NCBI GenBank assembly: GCA_951812585.1
Contig: OX638318.1
Location: 1,794,380-1,858,379, forward strand
Source of the DNA: Rhodothermales bacterium
GTDB lineage: Bacteria; Bacteroidota; Rhodothermia; Rhodothermales; Bin80
DNA length: 64,000 nucleotides
Direction of reading: 5' to 3'
Part shown: positions 39,430 to 51,756 of the stretch, one piece after another
How positions within the stretch are numbered: position 1 is the first letter of the stretch
Layout of the letters: every line of letters starts with the position of its first letter
Notes under the pieces: generated by a model
Seen by the model: only the letters and a program-made list of their open reading frames with translations
The model's database searches: none
What the model was told of the DNA's origin: nothing
Translations under genes and position numbers: made by a program

Positions 39430-40020
39430 ATGAATGCACGCTGCTTGCAGATCGCGGGCTGGATCGACCGTCTCAACGAGCGCGTAGGCCGCGCGATGTG
39501 GTACCTGACGCTGGGCATGATCCTGGCTGGGACCTACAACGCGCTGACGCGCTACCTGGCGCGCAATGCCCGCATCGACCGCGAGGAGGCCACTGGAATT
39601 GAGCACCTGTTGCACATGATCGGCACAGTTGCGATGAAGATGAATTCGAACGTGTTCATCGAGCTGCAGTGGTACCTGTTCAGCATCGTGTTTCTCTTGG
39701 GTGCCGCCTATACGCTCAAGGCCAATGCACATGTACGCGTGGACGTTTTCTTCAACCGCTTGTCGGCGCGACACAAGGCATGGGTTAATCTGCTCGGAGG
39801 GGTGCTGTTTCTGGTGCCGTTCTGCGTACTGATGCTGTGGACCTCTTGGCCAGTAGTCGTGGATTCGGTCATGCGCCTGGAGGGTTCACCCGACCCTGGC
39901 GGCCTGCCACGCTACCCGCTCCTTGCCGTGATTCCCCTGGCGTTTGTGCTGCTGCTTTTGCAGGGCGCCGCACAGATCATTCGGAACATCGCGCGCCTGC
40001 GCACCAGGCGCGAAGCGTAG
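39430..40020 (+). CDS. dctQ: TRAP transporter small permease
   Basis: ELQWYLF, HVRVDVF, DPGGLP; four TM helices. Confidence 0.93.
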   Translation: MNARCLQIAGWIDRLNERVGRAMWYLTLGMILAGTYNALTRYLARNARIDREEATGIEHLLHMIGTVAMKMNSNVFIELQWYLFSIVFLLGAAYTLKANAHVRVDVFFNRLSARHKAWVNLLGGVLFLVPFCVLMLWTSWPVVVDSVMRLEGSPDPGGLPRYPLLAVIPLAFVLLLLQGAAQIIRNIARLRTRREA

Positions 40021-40023
40021 ATC

Positions 40024-41375
<1,352 letters not shown>

Positions 41376-41379
<4 letters not shown>

Positions 41380-42476
41380 TGCCCGTGCAGATAGTCTGCA
41401 AAGGTCTGTTCGCTGGTTCCGAACCATGCGGAGGAATCACGGCCCCAGGCTGCATATGAGTCATAGATCCTGGCGTATTCTGGATCGCTCGTGCCCTCTT
41501 TGAGGAGCTCCTGCGCGCTGGCGTAGGCCGCATCCAGCATGTCTCTCGGAAAGGCACGCACCTCCGTGCCACCTTCAACAAGGCGGCGAAAGGAAGCAGG
41601 ATTCACGGCGTCATAACGTGAAAGCATGTACTGGTTGGCCTCCGCTGCAGCGGCCTCGAGCGCATGCTGATAGTGCGTGGGCAGCGCCTCCCATGCATTC
41701 CTGTTGATGTAGAAAGACAGGTTGGCTCCGGGCTCCCACCAGCCCGGGTAGTAGTAGTAGCGCGCGACCTGCGCGAAGCCAAGCTTTTCGTCATCATACG
41801 GTCCGACCCATTCGGCGGCATCGATGGCTCCGCGCTCCAGCGCCGGGTAGATCTCGCCTCCCGGGATCTGTTGCACGGTCACGCCCAAGCGATCCATCAC
41901 GCGTCCACCCATGCCAGGGATGCGCATGGATAAGCCGCGCAGGTCCGATACCGCGTTGACCTCTCGGTTGAACCAACCACCCATCTGCACGCCCGTATTC
42001 CCTCCGGGAAAGTTGATGATGTTGTAGTCGGCAAAGAGCGCGCGAAGCAGCGCAATACCGCCGCCATGGTAGGCCCAGCTGTTGAACTGCCGCGCGGTCA
42101 GCCCGAAGGGGACCGTCGTATCGAAGGCCAAGGCCGGGTTCTTGCCAATGTAGTAGTACGAAGCGGTGTGTCCTATCTGCGCGGTCCCTTTCTGGACCGA
42201 TTCCAGCACTTCGAAGGCCGGTACCAGCTCACCAGCAGGATAGACCTGGATTCTGAACCGTCCGCTGGTCAGGTTGCCCACCCGCTCCGCCATTACTTCA
42301 GCAGCGCCGTAGATGGTGTCCAAGCCGCGGGAGTAGCTTGACACCAAGCGCCATCGCAGCGCCGGTCCGCCGGTCTGGACGGCAGGCGCGCCGCTATCTC
42401 CGGAAGCGCAGGAGGAGAGCAAAAGGCCCGCAGACGACCCGAGCGCAGCTGCTTTGACAAAGTCACGACGTTGCAT
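41376..42476 (-). CDS. dctP: TRAP substrate-binding protein (TakP-like), Tat-type lipoprotein signal
   Basis: MQRRDFVKAAALG...LLLSSC, GNTGVQMGGWF, GLSMRIPG, EWVGPYDD, YYPGWWEP. Confidence 0.93.
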
Positions 42477-42492
42477 GAACAAACCTCCTTTA

Positions 42493-43203
42493 TTACCCGC
42501 GGGGACGAAGTGGGCGCATGACGACTTCCGAAATCAGATAGTTGTCGGGCCCTTCAAGGATATGCACGACCGTGTTCGCAATGTCTTCGGCCTGCATGGG
42601 GTTGGGCGCACCACGGCTGCCGGCTGCGCGCGCAAAGCCAGTCTGCACAGATCCCGGGCAAACGCTGGTAACCTTGATGCCATCTGCGCGCAACTCCTTC
42701 ATCAGCGCCTCGCTGAAGCCGCGAAGCCCGAACTTTGTGGCATTGTATGCGCTGATGTTCGCATTGCCGATGATGCCTGCGATGGACGCGATATTGACAA
42801 TGTGTCCGCCAAAGCCTGCCTGCGCATTCTGCGCCCGCATTAGCGGTATCACGGCCCGCGTGCAGTAGAAGACGCCCGTCAGGTTCGTGTCGATCTGCGC
42901 CTGCCACTGATCGGTTTCGAGCGCGTGCAGCGGCCCGAAGCGGCCTAGGCCGGCGTTATTGATCAGAACATCGATTCGCCGCCCAATCTTAGCGAAGGCA
43001 GTGGCCACCTGCGCTTCGTCCGCGACATCGCACGCCACCGGCACGAACGCACTGCCCAGCGCAGCGCGGATCGCCAAGAGTTTTTCTTCGCGGCGCGCCA
43101 GGCCGTAGACGCGGCTCCCACGCGCCACCAGCGCGCGCGCAAACGCGCGCCCCAGTCCGGCGCTCGCACCCGTAATGACGACAACCTTGCCTTGGAGATC
43201 CAT
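42493..43203 (-). CDS. SDR family oxidoreductase
   Basis: TGASAGLG, NNAG, YNATK. Confidence 0.95.
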   Translation of the reverse strand: MDLQGKVVVITGASAGLGRAFARALVARGSRVYGLARREEKLLAIRAALGSAFVPVACDVADEAQVATAFAKIGRRIDVLINNAGLGRFGPLHALETDQWQAQIDTNLTGVFYCTRAVIPLMRAQNAQAGFGGHIVNIASIAGIIGNANISAYNATKFGLRGFSEALMKELRADGIKVTSVCPGSVQTGFARAAGSRGAPNPMQAEDIANTVVHILEGPDNYLISEVVMRPLRPRG

Positions 43204-43477
43204 TGCGCAATATCAGGTTCGGGTCTTACCAAATTCGTAAGGGTCGGTTCATGCCAGGCGGAAGCACAGGCCAAGTGGGTGCGCTCTGGAACCATACCCA
43301 GGCAGCGCAGCCGCGTGCGTCTGCTCGGAGGAGGCAGGGCCTCTCGTCGTGCGTAGCCGCCGCCGCGCAACCTGGACGGCAGGCCAGCCCTGCATGCGCC
43401 ATCACAACAAGTCGGCGTACATTCCCAAACGCGCATCGCGCAGGGGCCAGCGCGATGCGGAATTCTGGCATAACATC

Positions 43478-44668
43478 ATGCCCATGCCACGCGCAGCGAC
43501 CGACCTCTTTGCCCGACACATCGCTTGGACGAGCGATACGCCAATCGGTTTGGAGGTCGTGCATGCTGAAGGGCCGCACATCATGCTAGCAGACGGACGC
43601 CGCCTCATTGACTGCATCAGCGGTATAGCCGTCTCCAGCATCGGCCACCGGCATCCGCGCGTGATCCAGGCCGTGAAGGCGCAGCTTGATCGCCATCTGC
43701 ACCTGATGGTGTACGGAGAGCTGATACAGCGCCCGCAGGTGGAGTATGCCGCTCGGCTCTGCGAGCAGCTGCCTTCGTCGCTGCAGACGGTGTACTTCAC
43801 CATGACGGGCACGGAAGCCAACGAGGGTGCACTCAAGGCTGCCAAGAAGTACACGGGGCGCGCCAGAATGGTCGCTTTTGAGCGGTCCTTTCACGGGGAC
43901 ACGCACGGATCCCTGAGCGTGACCGGACGCAGCATCTATCGCGCGCCGTTCGAGCCGCTTCTGCCGCAAGTGGATTTTCTGCCCTTCGACAACGTAGCGG
44001 CGCTGCGCCATATCGACCGAGCCACGGCGTGTGTCATCACTGAGCCCATCCAGGGAGAGGGCGGCATGAATGTACCTTCGGACACCTGGATGCAAGCGCT
44101 GCGCCGTCGTTGCACGGAAACGGGAGCGCTGCTCATCTTCGATGAAATACAGACGGGCTTCGGGCGCACCGGGACCCTCTTTGCCTTTGAAAACTTCGGT
44201 GTGGTGCCCGACATCTTGACGGTGGCAAAGGCGATGGGGGGCGGCATGCCGTTGGGCGCGTTTATATCAAGCAGGAGAATCCTGAACGCCTTGCGCCGCG
44301 ATCCGCCGCTGAGCCATGTCACGACCTTCGGCGGACATCCGGTTTCCTGTGCGGCAGCCCAGGCTGCGCTCGCGGTGCTCTTGGAGGAAGGTCTGCCTGC
44401 CCGCGCCCGCAAGATCGAGGCGCTGGTGCGCCAGCGGCTTGATCATCCGAGCATCGGTGAGATTCGGGGCCGCGGGGCGATGCTGGGTCTTGTATTTGCG
44501 GATCCACCCCTTGCGCAGGCGGCGGTGCAGCGATGCTTGGATCAGGGTGTCCTGCTTGGTTGGACGCTACACGCGGGCAGCCTGATACGCCTGGCACCGC
44601 CGCTCAACATTCCCATGGCGGTGCTGGGCCAGGCCTTAGACGTCATCCTGGCTGCGGCGGACGGATAG
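43478..44668 (+). CDS. class III PLP aminotransferase (acetylornithine aminotransferase-like)
   Basis: GTEANEGA, SFHGDT, EPIQGEGG, FDEIQTGFGRTG, PDILTVAKAMGGG; start placed at 43478/43484. Confidence 0.93.
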   Translation: MPMPRAATDLFARHIAWTSDTPIGLEVVHAEGPHIMLADGRRLIDCISGIAVSSIGHRHPRVIQAVKAQLDRHLHLMVYGELIQRPQVEYAARLCEQLPSSLQTVYFTMTGTEANEGALKAAKKYTGRARMVAFERSFHGDTHGSLSVTGRSIYRAPFEPLLPQVDFLPFDNVAALRHIDRATACVITEPIQGEGGMNVPSDTWMQALRRRCTETGALLIFDEIQTGFGRTGTLFAFENFGVVPDILTVAKAMGGGMPLGAFISSRRILNALRRDPPLSHVTTFGGHPVSCAAAQAALAVLLEEGLPARARKIEALVRQRLDHPSIGEIRGRGAMLGLVFADPPLAQAAVQRCLDQGVLLGWTLHAGSLIRLAPPLNIPMAVLGQALDVILAAADG

Positions 44669-46033
44669 CATTTCTACAAACTGCGCATAAGCCTCGTCAT
44701 AGACCGCATGGTATACCGGCTCAAAAGACCGATCCGTACGGCTCATCCTGTCCATCGCCATCGCGAGCGTCTGGGCCTCTGTGCCGGCCGCCGCCAGGAT
44801 CGCCGCTCCCATGGCGGCCTCTGGACAGGCCGCGCGGTGCATCGGGCGCTGGCAGACATCCGCCCGGCACTGCATCCAGATGTCGCTGCGACTGCCGCCG
44901 CCCGTAGCATATACCGCGCCGCCGCTGGTGCCCGCAGCGCGGTCGAGCACTTCATAGGCCATCCGCTCCAAGAGCGCTGTGCCCTGGAGGCAAGAAGCAT
45001 AGCGGGCAAGCCCATCGCCATCGGGGCTTGCGAACCCGCGCATGCGGCCATCCGCAAAGGGAAAGCGTTCGCCCTGCCGGGCCAGCGGATACGACACGTA
45101 CGGCGAAGGCAGCAGGGCCTCAGCCCGGCGGTCCAGCACCCGTGGATCCTCACCAGCGAACCACTCTCGTATCCACCCCGCGCCTGTATTACTCGCGGCT
45201 CCCGGCAGCCAGCGACCACCCGGCAGCTTATGTGAATACAGGTTTCGGCCTCGCACGGCTGTGCTGCTGAGTCCTTTGAAGATGAGCGTGGTCCCAAGTG
45301 CTGTGTTGTAGTCCCCAACGCGCCTGAGCCCACTCGCAACAGCGCCGGCGACGCCATCGGTTGCGCCCGCAACAACCGTCAGACCACTGCGGAGTGCGGT
45401 CTCTTGACTTGCGACGCCGGATACGCGCCCGACCACCGCGCCCGGCGCCACCACCACAGGCAGTCGATCTCGTATGGACGCATCGATCCATTGGGGCCAA
45501 TCCTCGCGCTCTAGGTCAAACCCCATCTTCAACGCATTGGAGTAGTCTGACATAAACGTTCCTGTCAGCCGTCCGACAAGCCAATCGGCGGGGTGACACA
45601 GCCGACGGGTGCGCTCATACAGCGCGGGGCGCTGGCACTGCACCCAGAGCGCCTTGGGGAGTGAAAACGACGGCGCGAACGCGTAGGGCAGGCCGTGCGA
45701 CACGGCTTCGAGTGATTTCGCCTCCATCCGCGCCCGTGCGTCGTTGTACATGATGGCCGGTGCCAGGGCGCGCCCGTCCGCATCGGCACACACGAGTGTG
45801 CCGGAAGTGGAAGTCACCGAGATGGCCTTAAGGTGCGCCTGCCCACGGCCCAAATCCTGCATCAGGGCCTGCGTCGTCTTGCGCAGCACGCGCCACCAGT
45901 GGTCAGGGTCAGCCGTGCGGCCGTCGAGCGACAGGCGAGCGGCTGCCGCCACCCGGCCATCGGCCCTGGCGACGATGCCGCGAATGCCGCTGCTGCCTAG
46001 ATCAATGCCCAAAAAGAGCGGACCCCTTGCCAT
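44636..46033 (-). CDS. FGGY-family carbohydrate kinase (cyanobacterial/plant D-ribulose kinase-like)
   Basis: MARGPLFLGIDLGSSG, TSTSGT, MYND, SDYSNALKMG, GATD, GAASNTG, GERFPF, TGGGSRS; start ATG 46033 shares its A with the tRNA CCA. Confidence 0.9.
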   Translation of the reverse strand: MARGPLFLGIDLGSSGIRGIVARADGRVAAAARLSLDGRTADPDHWWRVLRKTTQALMQDLGRGQAHLKAISVTSTSGTLVCADADGRALAPAIMYNDARARMEAKSLEAVSHGLPYAFAPSFSLPKALWVQCQRPALYERTRRLCHPADWLVGRLTGTFMSDYSNALKMGFDLEREDWPQWIDASIRDRLPVVVAPGAVVGRVSGVASQETALRSGLTVVAGATDGVAGAVASGLRRVGDYNTALGTTLIFKGLSSTAVRGRNLYSHKLPGGRWLPGAASNTGAGWIREWFAGEDPRVLDRRAEALLPSPYVSYPLARQGERFPFADGRMRGFASPDGDGLARYASCLQGTALLERMAYEVLDRAAGTSGGAVYATGGGSRSDIWMQCRADVCQRPMHRAACPEAAMGAAILAAAGTEAQTLAMAMDRMSRTDRSFEPVYHAVYDEAYAQFVEMLSVRRSQDDV

Positions 46034-46120
46034 GGCGGAGGGGGAGGGATTCGAACCCCCGGTACCGGATGGTACGCTGGTTTTCAAGACCAGTGCATTA
46101 GACCACTCTGCCACCCCTCC
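46033..46120 (-). tRNA. tRNA-Ser (UGA), CCA encoded
   Basis: GGAGGGG...CTGGT CT TGA AA ACCAG...long variable arm...GGTTCGAATCC...CCCCTCC GCCA. Confidence 0.97.
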
Positions 46121-46160
46121 GCAAGCGAAAAGAGCCAGACTGGGTCTGGCTCAGGCTGAG

Positions 46161-46248
46161 CGGAGAGGGTGGGATTCGAACCCACGATGAGCTGTAAACC
46201 CATACTCCCTTAGCAGGGGAGCGCCTTAAGCCGCTCGGCCACCTCTCC
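46161..46248 (-). tRNA. tRNA-Ser (GCU), CCA not encoded
   Basis: GGAGAGG...CTCCC CT GCT AA GGGAG...variable arm...GGTTCGAATCC...CCTCTCC G. Confidence 0.97.
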
Positions 46249-46537
46249 GGGTGCTTCTACTACGGATGATATAGGGATAGCGCGTAACGCAGATGGTGGG
46301 CAAAGGATCCGCAAAGGCCCCGTTGCTGCACCCCCGCTGCGCCTTTCCCGGCCTACGCGGCAGGCCCAATCCCCGCGATGGGCTGATGGCAGGCGTCCAG
46401 CGAATGCAGGCGTGTGCAGACGCTGAGGCCGGGTACGCGCTACGGTCTTGTGTACCGCGGAAGGGCCTTATCGAAATTCGAACCGCCTGTCGGCGCCATC
46501 GCGTTGACCTCGTGCGCGGCACAAGGTCCGGGCTGCT

Positions 46538-47473
46538 TTATGTTGCAGCATCCTCGAGTGCGTTGGCACCGGTGATGATTTCGAGGATCTCCGTCGTGAT
46601 GGCGCTCTGCCGCGCGCGGTTGTACTTCAGCCGGAGCGTACGCAAAAGCTCGTTGGCGTTGGAGGTGGCGTTGTCCATCGCTACCATGCGCGCGCCCTGT
46701 TCCGCAGCGTTGGACTCGAGTAGTGCGCGCCAGATCTGATAGTTGACCTCCCGAGGCAGGAGCACATCAAAGATCGACCGGCCATCGGGTTCAAACAGAT
46801 AGTTGGCGACAAACTGCTCTTTGTAATTGGCGTCCTTGATACCGCCGGCTGACATGACCGGCGTCAGGAACCGATCAGCCGGTATGGGGAGCAACGGCTC
46901 GACGATCCGATTCTGGCTGATGGTATTCCGGAATTCGTTGTAGACAATCTTGACCTCGTCCCAGCGCCCGGCGAGAAAGCCATCGGCGGCTATTTCGCCG
47001 ATCCGCTGTGCCACCGAGAACCGGAGCGAGCGGAACACGCCGCCAAAGTCGTCGACCATCTGGTACTGCCGCTTGGCAAAGTATTCCTGTCCCTTGCGAC
47101 CCGCGGCCAGGATATAGAGCGCGCCCGCCTCTTGCGCAGCGCGATAAGACGAGGCAATGAGCTGCTCTGTACGCTTGAAAATGTTGGAGTTGAACGCACC
47201 CGCCAACCCGCGATCCCCGGTGACCACGACAATGAGCGCCCCGCGCACTTCCGGTCGCTGCGTAAAGAGTGGATGCACTTCCTCCGTGAAATCGCCATGG
47301 TGCACCAGGTGGTAGAGCATCTCAGCGATCTTGTTCGCATACGGGCGCGTCCTGAAGATGGCTTCCTGAGCGCGACGAAGCTTGGCGGCCGCGACCATCT
47401 TCATGGCGCGTGTCACCTGCTGCGTGTTCTTGACGCTGCCGATGCGGGTCCGTATGTCACGCAGCGTGGCCAC
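46538..47473 (-). CDS. atpG: ATP synthase F1 gamma subunit
   Basis: IRTRIGSVKNTQQVTRAMKMVAAAK, DRGLAG, ARMVAMDNATSNA, RQSAITTEI; GTG start at 47473. Confidence 0.98.
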   Translation of the reverse strand: MATLRDIRTRIGSVKNTQQVTRAMKMVAAAKLRRAQEAIFRTRPYANKIAEMLYHLVHHGDFTEEVHPLFTQRPEVRGALIVVVTGDRGLAGAFNSNIFKRTEQLIASSYRAAQEAGALYILAAGRKGQEYFAKRQYQMVDDFGGVFRSLRFSVAQRIGEIAADGFLAGRWDEVKIVYNEFRNTISQNRIVEPLLPIPADRFLTPVMSAGGIKDANYKEQFVANYLFEPDGRSIFDVLLPREVNYQIWRALLESNAAEQGARMVAMDNATSNANELLRTLRLKYNRARQSAITTEILEIITGANALEDAAT

Positions 47474-47477
47474 AGCG

Positions 47478-49067
47478 TCAGGTCTTGTACAGCGCTGCGA
47501 GCCGCTGCGCTTCTTCTTTGAAGGCTGCCCGGGTGCCATCGTCCAGCCTTCCCGTTTCCCGAATGGCCATAAGCGCCGCCGTCTGCCGGGATCTCAGGTT
47601 TTCTACGAATTCTGCCTCGAACTGCTTGATGCGGCTTATCGGAATCTCGTCGAGCAATCCCTCGCCGCCAACGAAGATGATCGCTACCTGCTCCTCCACA
47701 GGAACCGGTGCATACTGGCCCTGCTTCAGAAGCTCCACCAGACGTTCGCCCCGGCGAAGCTGGCGCTGTGTGGTTGGATCCAGATCTGAGCCGAACTTCG
47801 CAAAAGCCTCTAACTCACGGTATTGTGCCAAGTCCAGGCGCAGCATGCCCGCTGCGCTCTTCATGGCCTTGATCTGGGCGCTGCCGCCGACGCGGCTGAC
47901 TGAAATGCCGACATTGACCGCCGGGCGCACGCCGGCATTGAACAGGTCCGGCTCCAGGTAAATCTGGCCGTCTGTGATTGAGATCACATTCGTAGGGATG
48001 TACGCGTCCACCGCCCCGGCCTGCGTCTCGATGACCGGCAGTGCTGTGAGCGATCCTCCCCCCTTGACATGACCCTGAAGCGCGGGCGGCAAGTCGTTCA
48101 TCTGGCGGGCAATGGCTTCGCTCCGCGTAATCTTGGCTGCACGCTCCAAAAGGCGCGAATGCAGATAGAAGACATCCCCCGGGTAGGCCTCGCGCCCGGG
48201 AGGACGCCGAAGCAAGAGCGAAACCTGACGGTACGCGACGGCTTGCTTGGAGAGGTCGTCATAGATCACCAGGGCGTGGCGACCCGTGTCGCGAAAATAC
48301 TCCCCAATGCACGCCCCGGTAAAGGGCGCAATGAACTGCAATGGGGCCGCGGTGGACGCCGGCGCGTTGACGATCACCGTATAATCCCGCGCCCCATGGT
48401 TGTCCAGGGCTTTGGCCACTTGTGCAACAGTGGAAGCCTTCTGGCCGATAGCCACATAGATGCAGAACACAGGTTCGTCGGTCTCCTGTGAGCGCTTCTG
48501 ACTGATGATGGTGTCAACAAGGAGCGCGGTTTTGCCGGTCTGCCGGTCGCCGATGACAAGTTCACGCTGTCCGCGGCCGATGGGAATCATGGAGTCGATC
48601 GCCTTGATACCCGTCACCAGCGGTTGTGACACCGGCTCCCGATAGATGACGCCCGGTGCCTTGCGCTCCAGCGGCATCTCCCAGGTCCGGCCCGTTAGCG
48701 GGCCCTGCCCATCTACGGGCCGCCCCAGCGGGTCGATCACGCGGCCCAGCATGCTTTCGGTCACTTGGATAGACGCGATCCGCTTTGTGCGGCGCGCCTC
48801 GTCACCTTCTTTGACCTCATGGATCGCCCCAAAGAGGATCACGCCTACGTTGTCCTCTTCCAAGTTGAGCACCATGCCGGTGACGTTGCGCTCGGGAAAC
48901 TCGATAAGTTCGCCGGCCTGAACCCGGGAAAGTCCGTAGAGCCGTGCGATGCCATCTCCAACCTGCAGGACCGTGCCCACCTCGTAGACATCGGCGGCAG
49001 CATCGAAGCCGCCGAGTTCACGCCGCAAGATGGCCGTTACTTCGTCCGGCCGCATTGCCGTTGCCAT
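47478..49067 (-). CDS. atpA: ATP synthase F1 alpha subunit
   Basis: [38 protein letters not shown]. Confidence 0.99.
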   Translation of the reverse strand: MATAMRPDEVTAILRRELGGFDAAADVYEVGTVLQVGDGIARLYGLSRVQAGELIEFPERNVTGMVLNLEEDNVGVILFGAIHEVKEGDEARRTKRIASIQVTESMLGRVIDPLGRPVDGQGPLTGRTWEMPLERKAPGVIYREPVSQPLVTGIKAIDSMIPIGRGQRELVIGDRQTGKTALLVDTIISQKRSQETDEPVFCIYVAIGQKASTVAQVAKALDNHGARDYTVIVNAPASTAAPLQFIAPFTGACIGEYFRDTGRHALVIYDDLSKQAVAYRQVSLLLRRPPGREAYPGDVFYLHSRLLERAAKITRSEAIARQMNDLPPALQGHVKGGGSLTALPVIETQAGAVDAYIPTNVISITDGQIYLEPDLFNAGVRPAVNVGISVSRVGGSAQIKAMKSAAGMLRLDLAQYRELEAFAKFGSDLDPTTQRQLRRGERLVELLKQGQYAPVPVEEQVAIIFVGGEGLLDEIPISRIKQFEAEFVENLRSRQTAALMAIRETGRLDDGTRAAFKEEAQRLAALYKT

Positions 49068-49080
49068 AGGACTGAGCTAA

Positions 49081-49599
49081 TTAATTGATTTGTCTGCGCA
49101 GCTGTGCAAGCTGGTTCGTTACACTTCCGTCATAAACCACATCTCCCACGCGCACAATGATGCCGCCGACGATCGATGCGTCTTGCACCATATCCAGCCG
49201 GACTTCGGTACCCAGCTTCTTCTCCAGGACCTGCTGGATGCGCCGCGCTTCTTCTTCCGAAAGCGTATAACGGACGCGCGCCTCTACACGCGTGATACCA
49301 AGCCGCTCGTCCCGGATGCCGCGATAGGACTGGGCGATCTGCAGCAGCAGTGCTTCACGCTTGCGCATGGTCAAAAGGCGCACAAACCGCATGGTAGTCG
49401 CATGCACCTTGGATTGAAAGACGGCCTCTAGCACGGCGCGCTTCTTTTCACGCGCGATGACGGGACTGTCCAGACACAGTCGCAGCGCGCGCGAGCCCTC
49501 CAGCACTTCCCGTATCAGGCGCATATCCTGCGGAACGGACGCTTCGGACTCTCCCAAGAGGACCGCCGCGTAGCGGCGCACAACAACCTGGTCGGTCAT
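49081..49599 (-). CDS. atpH: ATP synthase F1 delta subunit
   Basis: RRYA, GGIIVRVGDVVYDGS; operon position. Confidence 0.95.
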   Translation of the reverse strand: MTDQVVVRRYAAVLLGESEASVPQDMRLIREVLEGSRALRLCLDSPVIAREKKRAVLEAVFQSKVHATTMRFVRLLTMRKREALLLQIAQSYRGIRDERLGITRVEARVRYTLSEEEARRIQQVLEKKLGTEVRLDMVQDASIVGGIIVRVGDVVYDGSVTNQLAQLRRQIN

Positions 49600-49603
49600 G
49601 ATC

Positions 49604-50107
49604 CTAGTTGCGGGACATGTCGTCCAGGAAATGCTCCACGAGTGTGCGCTGGCGCTCGGTGTCCAGGCTTTCGCGCAGGATGCGCTCGGCAGCTAGGATA
49701 GCAAGACTCGCAACCTCGCTCCGCACCTCCAGGAGCGCCGCTTCCTTGTCGCGCGCAATCTCCTGTAGCGCCTTGGCATGCAAGGTGCTGATCTCCTCTC
49801 GCGTACGCTCCACCTCGGCGCTCCGAATGCGCTCGGCTTCTTCCCGGGCCTCGCGAAGCAGTCGCTGCGATGCCTGCTCCGCTTCACGCCGGGCCTCGTC
49901 GTTCCGCGCCTGCAGGGCGCGGGCTTCGTCCATGGCCTCCTGCGCGCGCGCGAGCGAACGGGCAATGTTCTGTTCGCGCTGCTCCAGGGCCGCAGTGATT
50001 GGACCCCAGGCGTATCGCTTGAGCAGATAGAGAAGCAGCCCAAAGACCAATAACAGCCAGACAAACAGCCCCAGGCTCGGCGAAAGAAGATTAGCAGCCA
50101 GGTACAT
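49604..50107 (-). CDS. atpF: ATP synthase F0 subunit b
   Basis: N-terminal TM, AWGPI, coiled coil; operon position. Confidence 0.95.
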   Translation of the reverse strand: MYLAANLLSPSLGLFVWLLLVFGLLLYLLKRYAWGPITAALEQREQNIARSLARAQEAMDEARALQARNDEARREAEQASQRLLREAREEAERIRSAEVERTREEISTLHAKALQEIARDKEAALLEVRSEVASLAILAAERILRESLDTERQRTLVEHFLDDMSRN

Positions 50108-50125
50108 TGTCGCTTGGGTCCGGGG

Positions 50126-50356
50126 CTACCCCTTGATGGTGAGCAGGAAGGCGATGACCAGGCCGAAGAAAGCCACGCCCTCGATAAGCGCGGCGGCGAT
50201 AATCATCGATGTACGGATGTCGTTGGTGGCTTCAGGCTGGCGGGCGGTGCCCTCCATTGCGGGACCAGCGAGCTTGCCTATGCCAAGGCCGGCGCCAAGG
50301 GTAATCAGGCCAACGCCGATACCTGCGCCAAGCCAAGCCAATGCGGTAGGTTCCAT
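50126..50356 (-). CDS. atpE: ATP synthase F0 subunit c (H+-type)
   Basis: GAGLGIG, ARQPE, AALIEG; no Na+ signature. Confidence 0.98.
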   Translation of the reverse strand: MEPTALAWLGAGIGVGLITLGAGLGIGKLAGPAMEGTARQPEATNDIRTSMIIAAALIEGVAFFGLVIAFLLTIKG

Positions 50357-50407
50357 GATCGTACGAAGACGTTTTATAAAACAGACTGTTGAGTGATGCG
50401 GTGCGTG

Positions 50408-51466
50408 TTAGTGCGCTTCTTCATGCTCTGCCATGGCCATGCCGATGAAGAGCGCCGACAAAAAGGTGAAGATGTACGCCTGAATGAGGGCGATCAGCAG
50501 CTCCAAGACGTTGATGAACAGTGTGAAGCCCACCGCCACGGGTGCTACGCCGTAGCCTCCGACGGGCCCGAACAACCCGTTGAACGTGAAGATCATGCCA
50601 ATCAGGCTGAGTATGACCAGATGTCCTGCCGTCATGTTGGCAAAGAGGCGGATGGCCAGTACCACGGGCTTGATGAAGATTCCCATGATCTCGGTCGGGA
50701 TGAGCAGCAGCTTGACAGCCACGGGCATGTCGGGCGGCCAGAAGATGTGCCGCCAGTACGACCGGGAGCCGTTGACCTGCGTCAGGACAAACGTGAATAG
50801 CGCCAGCGCCGCCGTAATGTTGATGTTGGAGCTAGCTGTAGCGCCCCATGGGACAAGCCCCAGCAGGTTGCAGGTCAGGATGAAGAAGAAGACCGTAAGC
50901 AAGAAAGGCAGAAACCGCTGGTAGTGCGCGCGCCCCATGTTGGGTATCGCGATATCGTCCCGAACAAAGACGATGAGCAGCTCGAGCGAGTTCTGGAGCA
51001 GTCCGCGCGGGGCACTGGTGCGCCCAATTCCGGCGGCGTAGCGGCGTGCCATGACGATGAAGGCCCAGAGCAAAAGGCCCGCTGCCAGAACTGCGAACAT
51101 CAGATGCCGCGTGATGGACAGATCGATCACTACGGAGCCGCTCCGCGGCTTAAGCTTGGCGTCCAAGTGATGGCCGCTCGCAATCAGCTCCGACAGACTG
51201 GGTGCATGGTCCTCCTCCGCATACACCGGCACCAATGCGTTGCTGTTCAGTGCCGCCTTGGTGCTCCGATAGATCTGCAAGCCATACCTGCCGGTCTCGG
51301 AGCGGACCACAAAGATGCGGGGCAGCTCCACCTTTCCGAGCGGGGAGAAGTCCAGGTAGTACCCGTTGGCCGAGTGGTGTACGGCGTCAAACTCTTCCTC
51401 GTCGTCTGCGGCAAGGCAGGGGACGGCCAGGCCCACTACGAGCATGCAGAGCACCAGGCGCATCAT
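50408..51466 (-). CDS. atpB: ATP synthase F0 subunit a with N-terminal signal and extra soluble domain
   Basis: NLLGLVP, AIRLFANMTAGH, IQAYIFTFLS; ATG 51466 overlaps the upstream TGA. Confidence 0.96.
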   Translation of the reverse strand: MMRLVLCMLVVGLAVPCLAADDEEEFDAVHHSANGYYLDFSPLGKVELPRIFVVRSETGRYGLQIYRSTKAALNSNALVPVYAEEDHAPSLSELIASGHHLDAKLKPRSGSVVIDLSITRHLMFAVLAAGLLLWAFIVMARRYAAGIGRTSAPRGLLQNSLELLIVFVRDDIAIPNMGRAHYQRFLPFLLTVFFFILTCNLLGLVPWGATASSNINITAALALFTFVLTQVNGSRSYWRHIFWPPDMPVAVKLLLIPTEIMGIFIKPVVLAIRLFANMTAGHLVILSLIGMIFTFNGLFGPVGGYGVAPVAVGFTLFINVLELLIALIQAYIFTFLSALFIGMAMAEHEEAH

Positions 51467-51756
51467 TGTGGAAGCGGGCGTCGCCGGACCAGCCATGTGA
51501 TCTCCAGGACCATACTAATGATCAGTGCGCCAAGCAGCGAGCCTACAAATACAGGGACATCCACAGCCAGCCATACCACGATGGCTACAACAGCGGCCAA
51601 TGCCAAAAGCATCCGGACCAGCATGCCCCCAAAGTACAGTGCCATAAAGGTGCGCAAGTCCTGACGGAGCGCCAAGGCTGCGACAGCCACACTGAGTCCT
51701 GCATGGACCAGCGCAATCGCAATGCCTAGGCTCGCGCTAAGCAAGGGGGATACCAT
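51463..51756 (-). CDS. ATP synthase subunit I-like membrane protein
   Basis: Multi-TM protein (GGMLVRMLL) directly upstream of atpB. Confidence 0.75.
   Translation of the reverse strand: MVSPLLSASLGIAIALVHAGLSVAVAALALRQDLRTFMALYFGGMLVRMLLALAAVVAIVVWLAVDVPVFVGSLLGALIISMVLEITWLVRRRPLPQ

Noticed and set aside
46034-46114. ORF-track N-terminal extension of the FGGY kinase
   Set aside because: Runs through tRNA-Ser(UGA); the GTG lies inside the tRNA, too close to GGAGG to serve as a start.
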